Made by a program: the position numbers and the translations under genes. This document shows, piece by piece, positions 17,057-29,686 of a stretch of DNA of 64,000 bases. The DNA comes from Bugula neritina. Taxonomy: Eukaryota; Animalia; Bryozoa. Below the pieces are notes generated by a model. That model saw only the letters and a list, made by a program, of their open reading frames with translations. It was not told the DNA's origin and made no database searches. The DNA lies in NCBI GenBank assembly GCA_964035545.1, contig OZ037768.1, forward strand, positions 12,781,675 through 12,845,674, in the 5' to 3' direction. How positions within the stretch are numbered: position 1 is the first letter of the stretch; each line of letters starts with the position of its first letter.

Positions 17057-20000
17057 TCACAATTGCGTCTCCTTATATCTTGGAAATGCAACTCTCAATT
17101 GCTCGTCCCCCCAGATTTCTTTTATGATAGCTGATGGATGTTTTTCCACTGCATCACACAAGAAATCTTTTAAATAAGATGGAGGCGCCCTAGTGCGTTG
17201 CCTACGCTCCAACTGCACTGGGGAATTTGCTACGACTGGTGACTCTTCCATTCCACCACGGGTGATGTCGCCAGTACGGGGGGGGGGTCCACCAGTACGG
17301 GTGGCCCTCCCCTAGCTGCCTCTTCCTCATTATTTTGAGGAATTTCCATCTCATCCGGGACGATGGGCCTGTCGACCGGCTCCACAGGTGGTGGGGCCGG
17401 CTCTGACAGGTCTTCAGGTGTGTCGACCTCCTCTTCCTGGGGTGGAGGAGGTTGGGGCTGGTCGGCTGACGCATCAGCCGCCCCGTCCTGGTCTGGCAGT
17501 ATCTCCTCGATCTCTCGGTACGCCATGGGTCGCCCCCTCATAGGAGGGCGCCTAGCTGGCTCTAAGAGAGGAGGTGCTTGACCTGCCGCATCAGGACTTG
17601 CCCAGTGAGGTTTCAGCCGTGCCTCGTTCTGGATCGACACTTGTCCAGACCGTTCCACTTTATAGGTGTGATTTGGCATCACCTCAATTATGCAGTAGGG
17701 ACCTACGAACTTCGGCTGCAACTTGGCTGCCTGTCCGCGCCTGCGGCGATGACTGGTCATCCAGACCCAATCCCCCACCTTGTATAAAGGTGGATCGTCA
17801 GAGTCACCACTCCTGACCTGCCACTGCTGCTCACGTAGCACCTCGTGAGCCGTCCCCATGCATTTTACGAGCTTGTCCACGTAGTCGTGGACATTGCTCT
17901 CGGAAGTCGGAACATGATAGGTTACGTGCTCAGGAACCCTGATTTCTCTCCCCAGCATGAGAAAATTAGGGGTCTCCAGTGTACTGGAGTGAGGGGTACT
18001 ACGGTACGCTCGCATGATCTGCGGCAACACCAAGTCCCACTCTTCCTGGCTCCTACCGATAAGCAGGCTTTTCAGAGAGTCCCCTAGCATTCGGTTGTTC
18101 CGCTCCACAACCCCGTTCCCTTGCCGGTGATACGGGGTCGTCCGACTCTGGTTTACCCCCCACACTTTACAGAGATCGCTCATGTGTTGCGACTGAAACT
18201 GGGCGCCTTGGTCAGAGTGTATCTGCTCCGGCAAGCCGAAATAGCAGAACACCTGCTGATCCAAGGCTCTGGCCACCGAGGGGGCCGACGCATCTGGAAT
18301 AGCCAGTGCATCAGCCCACCGCGTGAAATGGTCAGTTAATACCAGTATCCAGTTATTACCTCTCGCTGTTGTGGGCATGGGGCCTACCAGATCGACAGCA
18401 ACCACCTGCCACGGACGGCCGGCATTGAGGCGACGCCTCCCTGCGGTCTCAGTGGGGCGGCCATGCTTGCTAGCTTGGCACACCTCGCACTTCCGCACCC
18501 GGAGTCGGACATCCCGGGTCATACCGGGCCAAAACCACTGGAGTTGAAGACACCTAGTCACCCGGCTAGCTCCTGCGTGAGCTTGCTTATGGGTGTCCCA
18601 GATCAACACCCGCCTCAGAGCTGACGGGCAGACTACCCTCTCTCGTTCACTGCGATTGGTGCCGGCTGCCAACGTGATCGTTAGCAGCCCATCGCTGTTG
18701 AACCTGAGGGAGTCCCAGCGGTCACAGAAGTACTTAAACTCAGTACTCTTCACTCGCTGTTCGGCCTCACTCGGCCGCCGTCCCTCCTTCTTGGCCCGGA
18801 CTAGGTCAGCTACCACTCCTGGTAGCGTAGCCTGGAGCCGACATAGCTCCCTGACGTTCCGAAGCAACGTGGGGTTTGCGTGAAGGTTGTTAACAGCTTC
18901 GTTAGGAGGTTCAGACAGGAGTTGCCCTTTCTCCCAGCTGTATACACCCGCTTTCCCCGACTGCGCTTTGACGTCCGAGCGAGGGGGTCCACCGTCCCTG
19001 CGCTCGAAATTCTGGCACTGCTTACACCCATCTGCCTGGCGGCGGCTGAGTTCATCTGCATTACCGTGTTTCTTATCGGGTCGATGCTCGATCCGATAAG
19101 AAAACTCTGCCAGGATCTCTAGCCAGCGCGCTACTTGGCTTGATGGTTCTGCCCGTCGACACAGCCATATCAGGGACGCATGATCCGTCCGAAGCCGGAA
19201 TGTGCGCCCATATAGATATGGTCTAAAGTGTTTGACCGCCTTGACTACTGCCAAGAGTTCCCTCCTGGTTGTACAGTGGTTCTTCTCAGGCGCCGACAGG
19301 GCCTTGCTATAGTAAGCCACCACCACCTCGCGACCATCTTGGACCTGCGATAGCACAGCCCCCACATTATGGTTACTGGCATCAGTATCCAAAATGTACT
19401 CCTTCGCAGGGTCAGGATACGCCAAGATGGGTGCTTCCACCAGGCGATCCTTCAGGTGGTCAAATGCCTTCTGCTCAGCCTGCGTCCACTGCCATCACAC
19501 CCCCTTTGCGGTCAGCCGATTTAAGGGCTGTGCAACTCCGGCGAAGTCTGGTATGTACTGACGATAGTACCCTACCAGCCCCAGGAATGCCCGCAATTCA
19601 GGGAGGTCGACAGGGACGGCCCAGTCCCTCACAGTCCGTACCTTCTCGGGGTCGGTGGCGACCCCGTCTCGACCAACTACATGGCCCAGGTACTTAACCT
19701 CGCGTTGCAGTAATGCACACTTCGAGGGCTTTAGCTTCAGGCTTGCAGCTCGGAGTCTGTCGAACACCTCCCTGAGTCGACTGACATGTGTGGCGAAGTC
19801 GGGGGAGATGACGATGACATCATCGAGATAGATGAGCAAGGTCTTCCAGTGCAGTCCACTCAGGACCTGCTCCATGAGTCGCTGGAAGGTGGCTGGTGCG
19901 GACGTAAGTCCGAATGGCAACACCTTCCATTTCCAGAGCCCATCCCGCGTTATAAACGCGGCCTTGTCCTGTGCTTCAGGACTCAGGGGCACCTGCCAAT

Positions 20001-21605
20001 ACCCGCTTAGCAAGTCCAACGTGCTGAAGAACTTGCTACCAGCTAAGGCATCGAGCGACTCATCGATCCTCAGGAGAGGGTAAGCGTCCTGGATGGTCAC
20101 GCTGTTCAGCCTGCGATAGTCAACGCAAAACCTCCAGCTACTATCCTTTTTCCGAACCAGGACGACTGGAGAACTCCAGGCCCCATGGCCTGGCTCAATC
20201 ATGTCCCGGTTCAGAAGGTCTTGCACCTGACGGCTCACTTCTCTCTCCTTCTCAGGACCTAACCGGCGGGTCGGCTGCCGAATTGGCGCCGTCTCCGCCG
20301 CCAGGGGTATCTCATGACGAACAGTCTTAGTCAGACCCATGTCATGGTCGCTGCAACTAAACACGTGCTTGTACTCAGAGAGTAGCCGCACCATCACCAG
20401 GCGTTCTCGCTTGCTCTCACAGCCATCACAGGCATCCTCGTACAACTCTGCTACGTGTTCAGGCACCGGCCCCCTGCCGTCTCTAGTGGGTACTCCCCAG
20501 GCGTCGTCCGCCGTTTCCAGCGCGGGCCCTACATCCTCCTCTTGCACGGAGTGGAACTTCCCTACTAGAGACCCAGCCGGTAATTCTACCGGCTCCGTGA
20601 AAGGGTTTACGCGCTGGACCAGGAACTCCCCCCGCTCATCCAGTCTATTCAGACTGTTAGCGAGCTGGACGCCCCCCAGTGCACCTTCCACCACTCCGAG
20701 CTCGGAGATTTCCCTACAGTTCACTCTGCAGCGAACTGTAGCCCGGGAGCGCCCAGGTACAGTTCAGCGCTGTACCACCTGCACTCCCCCCACCAAATCG
20801 GTCGACACAGGCCAGCTCACGCCCCGCCATCACTACTGCCGACTTGCTAAAGTCGATGTAGCACCTGTGTCGCTTCAGAAATGGCATGCCCAAGATGGCA
20901 TCCTCCTTGAGTTGACTGACGATGAAGGTCTCACTGATCGTCTGATCACGGACTCTACCAGTCAACTGGATTACCCCATAGAAGGGAATACACGACCCGT
21001 CCGCCAACGTGCCGTGCTCCCCTTCATATGGTTCTAGGCTAGCCCTATCCCTGGCACCGAGGGTGTCGAATAGACGTCGACTCAGTAGATTTGTGGTGCA
21101 CCCAGTATCCAACAGGAATGTGACAGCTTTGCCAGCAAGTTTGCCGGGGAGGAAATAGCTGCTTCCATATGGCTGAGCGCTCACTGAGCGATTTGTCTCT
21201 TGAGGCGACACCTCATGTGCATGGAGTTGGGGGATGCACCTGTGCTTTTCGGTTGCGAGGGGGTCGTCGACGTTGCATGGGCGGGCAGGGTACGTCTCGG
21301 TCTCGCTCACACACGGGTGGCCGAGTGAATTCTCGGACTGATGCTTGTGTGGGCAACCGAGGAAAATCCCTGTTGTGCTCCCACTCGTCGTTCACTCCCT
21401 CATCAAGCAAACCTTCAAAGCGGTTTTTGAGTGCCCAAGCCGGAGGTATTGGTGGGCCTTGCGGCCTACTCACTTTCCTTGGGGCTTGCCACTCTGGCGA
21501 AGGCGGCCTCCTCACTCGGTGGGGTGTGGGCCTTAGCCTCTGCCTTGGGGGGTTAAACTGGGGCCCACGGTAGGCGGAGGTTACCGTGGGCCGTCGCTGT
21601 TTAAC
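17057..21605 (-). pseudogene. pol: Gypsy pol (protease LLDTGC, RT YLDD, RNase H, integrase HHCC/DDE, GPY), disrupted
   Basis: ORFs 21213-21629, 20714-21310, 19495-20724, 17230-19440 and 17057-17251 are split by frameshifts and a TGA at 19495-19497. Closely similar to copy 2 pol. Confidence 0.93.
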
Positions 21606-22452
21606 CGCCTCCCACTGCCGCGGGGGCAACTTCGTATGAAGTGCCCACCACTACCACAGCCCCAGCATACGGGGCTGCGCCTGTCGTCGACAGCTACCGA
21701 CGACCTCCTGGGTCTCTCAGCTGTCGCCTGCTGGCGCAGTTGCTTGATCTCGGCTAACAGTTCTCGAATCAAGCTCGTGGTCAAGCTAGTAGATTTGTCT
21801 GCTGTTGCCGCTGCGACCTGTACAGCTGTCTTCGCTGGCGACGTCGACACGTCGTCTGCCCCAACCTGCTGTACTGTCGCACAGGTCGACTTGCACTGTC
21901 GGCTTGGAAATAGGCATTCCCAAGCCTTAGAGCTCTCTCCATAGTCTCAACTTCGGCCACCAGCAGATGCTGTTTCAGACCGAGGTTGTTAATAGACTGG
22001 AGGAATGCATCCAGTGCTAGGCTCTGTCGACTGTCGGCAGGCAAGTCGCTGTAAGCAACTTGTGCCAGTCGTTCGACTGCGGTAGCATGCTCTCGCAGAT
22101 TGGTTTTAGGATTTCTCCTAAGACTCTGCAGTTGCACGCGAGCATCTCGAGCGGTTAATCCAAACCGAGCTCGTAGTGCTTCAAATATGTCATCAACATT
22201 CTGGCTTATCCCATAGGGTTTAGCCGGCCCTGTCAGACATAACCGCAGCTGGATCAGAGTAACCCTGTTCGGCCATCCGCAGATGTCCGCCACATCACTA
22301 AACTCAGTGATGAATTGCTCCACATCTTCTTCCCCTGAGAAGATGGAAGCCCGCAAGTGGTACCTGTCCATAGGCAGCGCTGGGCCGCCTATGTGATCCT
22401 CCTCTACTGCTGCTGGCTCCTGTCTGGGCGCGTCGACGACTTCGTCGGCCAT
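21581..22452 (-). pseudogene. gag: Gypsy gag with CCHC knuckle (CWGCGSGGHFIRSC), one frameshift
   Basis: ORFs 21781-22452 and 21581-21850 are homologous to copy 2 gag. Confidence 0.9.
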
Positions 22453-22488
22453 CTTACTCCCTGGCTAGGAGCATTTGTATTAAGTGGA

Positions 22489-22506
22489 ATCCCACTGCTG
22501 CCACCA
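22489..22506 (-). promoter_or_regulatory. Primer-binding site, tRNA-Leu type (TGGTGGCAGCAGTGGGAT)
   Basis: Lies immediately inside the 5' LTR and is complementary to the 3' end of tRNA-Leu(AAG/TAG). Confidence 0.85.
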
Positions 22507-22507
22507 C

Positions 22508-23101
22508 TGTAGTGAATTTTGCCAGTTCACTATTATTATGTGTGGGTCAACTTAAACAAAGCCACTGCACCGGGTTGTTTACGCTAAGATAACTTTATTA
22601 TTTACACAAATACAAGAAGGTTATTTACTGCTAGCATGAATAGAAGACGATTACATAATTAGTGAGCTTTAATACACAACTACTCTAAATGAAGTCCCAA
22701 GCTGCTCTGCCGGCTAGCTACTCAGCGCACTGCAACTACGAGTAGCTAGCTCCACCTGCTATCAATTAGTGTGCCTGTCCTGATTGGCTAGCGTCAGTGG
22801 TGCCACTGTCGACTGTAAGATATTGTCGGATAACAGTCCACGCCGAGTCGTCTCTGTCGATACTAATTAACTCCATCACCATAAGCATAATCACTAGCAT
22901 CTGCTACTAAGCAGCTAACTGCCAGTGCATTAGTAGCTAGCAATACTTGTCCAGCCAAGTACAAGAGAGATTGTACGCATTCCAATTGTCAGCTATTATG
23001 ATAATTGATCTTTAATACTTATAGCCATTATGCCAAGCGTATAGAGAGCAAGCCATGAAGAGTTATCCTTTCGATAATAACATAATCTAAAATCCATTAC
23101 A
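22508..23101 (-). repeat. 5' LTR of Gypsy copy 1 (594 bp)
   Basis: TG...CA ends, adjacent PBS, ATAT flank. It interrupts the ATPase reading frame at 23101/23102. Confidence 0.85.
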
Positions 23102-23367
23102 ATATCATCAAATATGATTAGTTTTTTTATTGCTTTATCTGGTGTATCTACATCAATAATACCCTGATGGAATTCAACATTTGTTAGCTCATCATATAAT
23201 GGTTGCCATTCTTTGTAACAAATAACTATTTTTTCCATAGATGGTGAAACCATCGTTTGGTTATGCTCCAACAACTTTGCAACCCATTGAGACTTTCCAG
23301 CCATTGATGGTCCTGCAATTATAGCAGAGAACGGATGCTTTAATTGTAAGGTCATCATCAAGCTCAA
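23102..23367 (-). pseudogene. Polinton packaging ATPase (A32/FtsK-like), N-terminal half only
   Basis: HPF motif, Walker A GPSMAGKS, Walker B LIIFDD. Cut by the LTR directly after Walker B. Confidence 0.88.
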
Positions 23368-23526
23368 AATACAGAATGAGTAGATTTCATAATATGATTG
23401 ACTGATATATACAAAGAAAGTTGATGAATTCTATTTATTTACTTCAAACAACTGTGGGAAGTTTTCTGGATGTACAAGTAAGATCTTTATTTATAAAAAG
23501 ATAAAAAAAATATAAAATATATAACT

Positions 23527-26500
23527 CTATTTACCAAGCCCATATAATAAAAGTAAAAAGAAAACAGATTCTAAATGAGTAGGTAAAGTGGTCACATGAT
23601 CACTCATAACAATTCTTTTACCGTACATATAATTCAACCCTTTTCTATTTTGTGTGTATGTGAATATGCTATTACCTCTAACTCTGAATCCTTTATTTAC
23701 ACCTTGAGTTATATCCTGATTCATCAACACGTGCATATAGTCTTTTTCAGTTAATTTGTTGTGACGTTTGGATATACCTTTAGAACTTGATTTGGCCTGC
23801 TCACCAATACAGTAATAGCATTTGCTAGACAACGCGATTACTCCTTCACCTTTCCATTCCACGTGGAATTTTCCTACAGTTCTTGAGTCGTATTTAGCCG
23901 CCGATTTACAACAGTCATTAGGGCACCAACTTTGATTGTTAAACATGCAATGAAAAAAATCATTCTTATGCTTGTCACAACAATCCTTAGCGAACCATTT
24001 GTCGTACTGCATAAAAAAATCTCTTCTTTTTTCAACAGACACAGCTAAAAACAAATTAGGTTCAGAAAGTGAAAAATACATCGAGTCAGTATCAGATTCG
24101 ATAAGAGCAAACTTTTCAAATGGTATATATTCTAGAAGGAAATCATAATAAAATCTAAGCAGTAGCAACTTAGCATACTCTAGCACAAAGAAACCTATTT
24201 GAATAGGTACATCCAAAGCAATTCTAGCCTTTTCATTTTGTATTTCCACAATATCATCTCCTATCTCATCTAAGTGATGGAATCTCTTACTGTTCACTAC
24301 ATTTGCCATTTCTGCATCAGATGATTGAAGAAATGAGATATCCTTATGGTTCTCACGATTAACCAATGTTCGACCATATGCGCTATTCCCTGAAAGCAAA
24401 ATTAATAATATCTTTCAATTCTTTAACTACACTCAAAATATTTGACAATATGAGTAGATGTTCGTTTGATAAATTTAAAACTGAATTTTATTTGTGTAAA
24501 ATTTACTAACCCATCAACTTGGAAGAATCTGACATGAGTTTCTTCGAGGGATCTACATCTCCTTCACGTCTTGCTTGCATCACTTCCATTCCAAAAGCTT
24601 CAAAGCACTTTGTTGGATTATATTGTATAACTTGGTGAACTTTAGTAACTCTAAGCCCATGGTTTAGATACCATGCGAGCAATGGAGTTGCATATAACAT
24701 TTTGTGACCAAAGTAGCTGTTCAGCAACGTTTTCTGTGGAGATTTGAGTAACCCATTTGCTACTGCAAATTGTTCCATATGATGACCTACATCTTTCCTT
24801 TGCATATAAGCGTGTTTTGGAATTGGTTGAAACTCTGCGAATGCACTCTTTAGTTCATCAGATGTTTCTATATCACATTCAACCATACCAAATAGTTTTT
24901 CAGATTTGACTTCAGCTAGTATTTGATCTTCAGTTAGCTTATATCTTTTGTCAACCATATAATTCAATTCCTCACAAAATTTCTTTAGCAAAGGATTACG
25001 TGATTTCAGCTCAAGAAATTCACATTCCCATGAATGGTGTACTGTACACCCTATATCTTTTAGATACTTCAGGTTTTTGTAAGTTTGCAATTGATTTTCA
25101 AGATCTTTGACTCGATTAGTAAATCTCCCATTGGGTGAATAATCACACATGTGTGAATGGAAGTAACAACCGGAGAACTGGAGTACAACTGGACCATTAG
25201 GAGTATCAACATACCCATCTACTGGTATCTTTTTTCCACCAACTCGCTTCTCCACTCCATTAAACATGTGCTGAAATTCAATTTGCATTTCTTTCTCTTT
25301 ACATTTAATCCATTCAGTTGCTAGCTGACCATGGGTGTATCTTTTTTCAAGCTTAAATTCATTTTCCCTCTTTCTTCGAACATAAATTCCAGTTGGCATA
25401 TCACGCATTAGGTTTGACAAATACATTCCAGATATGTCTACTCCTAAACAAACCTTTGTGGTTTTAGCATTTTCTCCATAATATTCTGATTTGATTTTTG
25501 TAGTTTCTGCGTGTTGGTATCTGTGGAATATGATTGACATTCCACCTCTAATATTTTGCTTTACGAGATTATACAGATCTTTATCTTTTTCCCCATAAAG
25601 GAAAAGTTGCGCATTCTTTTGCTTGAGGTCAAATAATCATTTAATTGCCAAACCTGGCATTGAAAAAGCCATTTTAAAATCTAGATTTTTAGTTCGAAGA
25701 GACTCATTTTGTTTTTGTAAAGCTTTCACAAAACCTGTACAATCAGCATTGTTGTAGTAAATGAGTAGGTCTTTCAACGTTTTCATGTTATTTTCAACCC
25801 ATATTTTTCTACAGTAGTTGTAATCTTCTAAGCTTATTGTTTCTTTTTTCAGCTCACTGTAAAAGTCTTCACGGGATGGAAAATCTGTTTGCTTCAACAT
25901 TTCCATAGAAGTAAACTTTTCATAAATCCAGAAGAACTTCTTCGAATCTATCTCCATTGCCTTCAGGTAATCAGCGTAGCTAAACCCCGGTGCTAGGTAA
26001 TTTACAATGTCCAGAAAGCGTAACCTTTCCGTTTTGATGCGCATGTAGGAATTAGCTTTTTTTATTACAAAATCAATATAATGGTCTTGATCTAAAAGAT
26101 ACTTGAACAAATGCTTCTTAATCAATGGAATGTCATAAGATCCAGAGTTAAATCCAAAAACAAGCAAATCTGATATGTAGCTGTTGAGCTCTTCTTCAAG
26201 TTTATCAAAAAATTTTTCAAGCTGTTCAACGCTAGCATTGTCTCCGGCTTGTTCTTCAAGTGTTATTAGTTCATTTTTTTTCTGTTCAATCTGTGTGAAG
26301 ATTGATTTGTATCTCAACTTCAAACGTTGGTAGCACAAATCTGACAATTTCTCCAAGTATATCATCATTTGATGTACCACATCATACTCTGAATTGCTTT
26401 CATTCACAAAGCACACAGGTTCCGTAAAACCAGCAACATTACTAGCAATACTAATTGATGCTAGTCGATGTTTTGCTGTCCATTCTATTGTTTTAGTGTT

Positions 26501-28012
26501 GTTGGGTAAGTCAGTTTTGTCAAAGTACGCTTCACAATCCCAAACAGCAAAGTATGGATAATGCTTTCTGCTTTCATCAGTTGTTATTCTGTATTCGTTC
26601 AGCTTTTCAAATATTGTCTTTGAAGTAGTTGCAATACCGGATGGATACACAAACTTTGTAGCTGAAAAACATGACAACGAATGTCTCTTGATAGCATTTG
26701 CTGATTTCATTAACTTTGAGCAATATTCGCATCTGTATGATTTTGTATATAGTCTGATGTTTTTAATCCAAGAGAAATGATTTTCATACAAATGTAAATT
26801 TAAGTGTTCTTTAAAATTTGAAGTTGATCTGTAGTGTAGTTTTGCGATGGTTTCACAGGCTACTTCTTCCAAACAGTAAACATTAATAGATATTGTAAAA
26901 AGTCTCTCTATGCTTGGTAAATCATCTACTGTAACGCCTTGAAATTGATCTTCAGATATCTGTTTTGAGTCAACAAATTTCCGAAAACAATCTCTGGTGG
27001 ATGATTCTAAGGAATGTTTATTCCTCATCAGGCATAGGGCTCTAAAGATACATAGTTTATCAGTGTAAAGCCTTCCATTAGTATCTATATCAGCTGATAC
27101 AATAGCTTTGTTGTTTTTGATGTAGTCTGGGAGTAATACTGGACATCCAATTGGATGGTTGTATATCGGGTAAACATAAAAAGCTATGTTGGTGATCATG
27201 TGTATTGACCATGAAGTATCGGGTCTGTTTTGTGTAGCATACTCAATGGAATCTTTATCCGTTAACTGATCAATGAATTCTCTGAAATCTGCCAGTGTTT
27301 CAATGAGCACAGGCTTGTCTAGCAATCTATCTTTGTTAGCTGATGCATGGTAGTATCTCAACTTTTGTTCTGTGTTGTTAATTAGGATAAAACCTAAAGA
27401 AGCGCATTGACTTTGAATTTCATTTTTTGATCTTGATACAGTTTTATCATGTTGTTTCCTCCAATAGTATCGGATATATTATTGTTTTCAACTCTTATAT
27501 TGTAGATCTTTGTGTATCTACGAACTAAAGCATTATAGCTTTTTATTGCCGACCAGTTTTTTATTAATAGTGAATTCGTTTCTTTTTCTTTAGGACCATC
27601 ATATGGTATTGGAGAGTCTTCTTCATCAACAAAGGTCGTTCCAGTGTCAAGTTGTTTCTTTGTAACAACCTCACTTGATACAGGTCTCTACAATATATTT
27701 TTTAACCAAATGTAAATCTACCATTGAAATAAGTTTGCTATTTAATAGATTTTAGTCTCTCTAGTCAACATTTTTAAACATTCATGACAATGATCATGAT
27801 TCAATATGAGTATGTGTTATGGTGTGTCTTACCAAAGAACATTCATGGGATATATCATTGATCAACTGCTTGCATTGTTTACATCTCCTTTTATGTACGT
27901 TTCTATGTCTACTAAGACTTTGTCTGTGGGCGTATGACTTGTTGCATTCAGAACACGTGAATCTGTCTAAAGAAACAAGACATAATTTAAATAATTTACT
28001 TTCATCAACCAT
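23527..28012 (-). pseudogene. polB: Protein-primed family B DNA polymerase with three exons (28012-27833, 27687-24511, 24389-23527)
   Basis: N-terminal C2H2 finger, NWSAI, LRYYHAS, exonuclease motifs (WDCE, FGFNSGSYD, YYNNADC), IRGG, Vsr-like insert (VDGY...GCYFHSH), KLMG/NSAYG joined by splicing, DTDS, KCY. A 2-bp frameshift near 27403 and an in-frame TGA at 25637-25639. Confidence 0.9.
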
Positions 28013-28172
28013 GACAACTTATATTCAAAGTAATTATTTTGTTATAATATACTAAAGTATTCTTGTAGTTCGATATTATTATTATACACAACAAACTTTT
28101 ACTTCTTCTATTAACTTTTCTTTACAGTCATTAGGAGTAGTAAATTGTGAGCTAAAGTACTTTAGTTTATAT

Positions 28173-28730
28173 TGTAATGGATTTTCACCCTCTTTTAGTT
28201 TCGAAATAACAGCGTGCAACAGTATATTATAAATACTGTTGCGTATCATTCTTAATTCTGTAATTATAGTTAAGTAAGTTAGCTTGCTAATGCCTAAGTA
28301 TGGTAATTACTGTTAAAGCTCAACATAATGTAATTTTACTGAAATACGCATTCTGAAGTTATGTAATATTTCTTTTACTAATGTTGCTTCTTTTGTGTGT
28401 GTCCTTTGTTGCTGAGATCGGCATTTCGGTCTTCCGAAATGCCGATGTGCCGAAAATCGGCGTTTCGGCATTTCGGAGTCCCGAAATGCCGATATTCGGC
28501 ATTTCGGAACCCCGATCTCGGCAACAAAGGAATGTCTTTGTCTCGCTTGTATATAAAAGCCAGCGAGTTCCAGTGTAGTTCAGACTACTACTGGAGCTCG
28601 CTGGTAGTAGGACCACATAAGCTGTATTTGATGCTAATAAAGTTATCTTCATTCGTATTCAGAATACTTGGCTTATTCTCTCTAGAGCATGTAGGCACTA
28701 GTTGCATTCAAAACCCACAAGTTTACTACA
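28173..28730 (+). repeat. 5' LTR of copy 2, with TATA (28550-28559) and AATAAA (28636-28641)
   Basis: TGTAA...CTACA direct repeat. Confidence 0.96.
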
Positions 28731-28731
28731 T

Positions 28732-28749
28732 TGGTGGCAGCGGTGGGAT
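28732..28749 (+). promoter_or_regulatory. PBS, tRNA-Leu (TGGTGGCAGCGGTGGGAT)
   Basis: Complementary to the canonical tRNA-Leu 3' end ATCCCACCGCTGCCA-CCA. Confidence 0.88.
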
Positions 28750-28780
28750 TTTCGAATAACTAGTTGCCGAGCGGCACGCA

Positions 28781-29686
28781 ATGGCCCCAGGGGACACAGC
28801 GCCTGAGGCAGCAACACCACCAGCCCTCACTGTTGAGGCGCTGGTCACAGCCCTCCAGGGATTGCGGGGGCAAGGACAGGCATCACCTGGTGACAGGTAT
28901 CGCCTCCAGCCCCCGAATTTCGGAGGAGAAGGAGACGTAGAGCAATTCATCAGGGAGTTCCAGGATGTGGCCACCATCGCTGAATGGCCAGTACCGGTGC
29001 GCATCCTCCAACTTCGGGCCTGTCTGACCGGCCGGGCTAAGAGCTTCGCTCTTGGGCCTGATGAAGAGCACATCATGCGGGCTCTCAGAGCCCGGTTCGG
29101 CCTAACAACCGAAGAAGCAGCTGATCGTTTGCAGATCATGAGGAGGGACCGGAGGACTCCCCTGGAAGACCACGCAAACGAGGTAGAGCGCCTGGCTCAG
29201 GCTGCTTTCGATCACGCCACTGGCAATGACCGGAAGCGCCTCGTTTACAACGCGTTCTTCCGGAGCGTGAATCACCCGGACCTGCAGCGATACTGGCTGG
29301 CCGCCAAGGTCAACAGTATAGAGGAAGCGCTGGAAATGGGGAAGGCTTACTTCCAGGTGGAAGAGCCTAGGCGACCGAGCTATACAGCCCGCCAAGTGGT
29401 CGAGGAGCATGAGGAGACCACCCCACTTCCAACTCCACAGGTAGCAGCAGCTGCAACTAAATCACCCGAGCAGACGCAGCTCACCATGTTAATGGACATG
29501 ATGAAAGGCCTGCAGGCTACGGTGACGAAGTTGCAGAGCGAACAGGCGGATAGGCGGGCTCCCCGATCACGGGACAACCCTGTCCGCCCATCTCTGCTAA
29601 CCTGTTGGGGGTGCGGGGCGCAAGGGCACGTGAGGAGGCACTGCCCTAGAGGCCAAGGGCCTTTAAACACCCAAGGCTCACGGTAA
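28781..29686 (+). CDS. gag: Gag with CCHC zinc knuckle (CWGCGAQGHVRRHC)
   Basis: 301-aa ORF following the PBS. Confidence 0.93.
   Translation: MAPGDTAPEAATPPALTVEALVTALQGLRGQGQASPGDRYRLQPPNFGGEGDVEQFIREFQDVATIAEWPVPVRILQLRACLTGRAKSFALGPDEEHIMRALRARFGLTTEEAADRLQIMRRDRRTPLEDHANEVERLAQAAFDHATGNDRKRLVYNAFFRSVNHPDLQRYWLAAKVNSIEEALEMGKAYFQVEEPRRPSYTARQVVEEHEETTPLPTPQVAAAATKSPEQTQLTMLMDMMKGLQATVTKLQSEQADRRAPRSRDNPVRPSLLTCWGCGAQGHVRRHCPRGQGPLNTQGSR

Larger units (their letters stand above)
15223..23101 (-). mobile_element. Ty3/Gypsy LTR retrotransposon copy 1 (degraded, chimeric LTRs)
   Basis: 5' LTR 22508-23101 (minus strand TGTAATGGATTTTAG...CTACA) and 3' LTR 15223-15798 (TGTGATGGATTTTAG...CTACA). 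PBS, gag, PR-RT-RH-IN order. Flanks are ATAC and ATAT. Confidence 0.92.

Noticed and set aside
22930-22946. Alternative LTR end at 22942 giving a perfect ATAC TSD
   Set aside because: The family LTR terminus (AAAATCCATTACA) lies at 23101 and coincides with the ATPase break, so the ATAC match is chance.
22996-23101. C-terminal 35 codons of the ATPase ORF
   Set aside because: Read-through into LTR sequence.
25637-25639. Recoded TGA (selenocysteine or readthrough) in polB
   Set aside because: A TGG-to-TGA lesion is simpler given the separate frameshift in the same gene.
28359-28759. ORFs within the LTRs (also 34975-35363) and many short ORFs overlapping gag/pol
   Set aside because: By-products of palindromic repeats and GC-rich coding sequence; no independent support.
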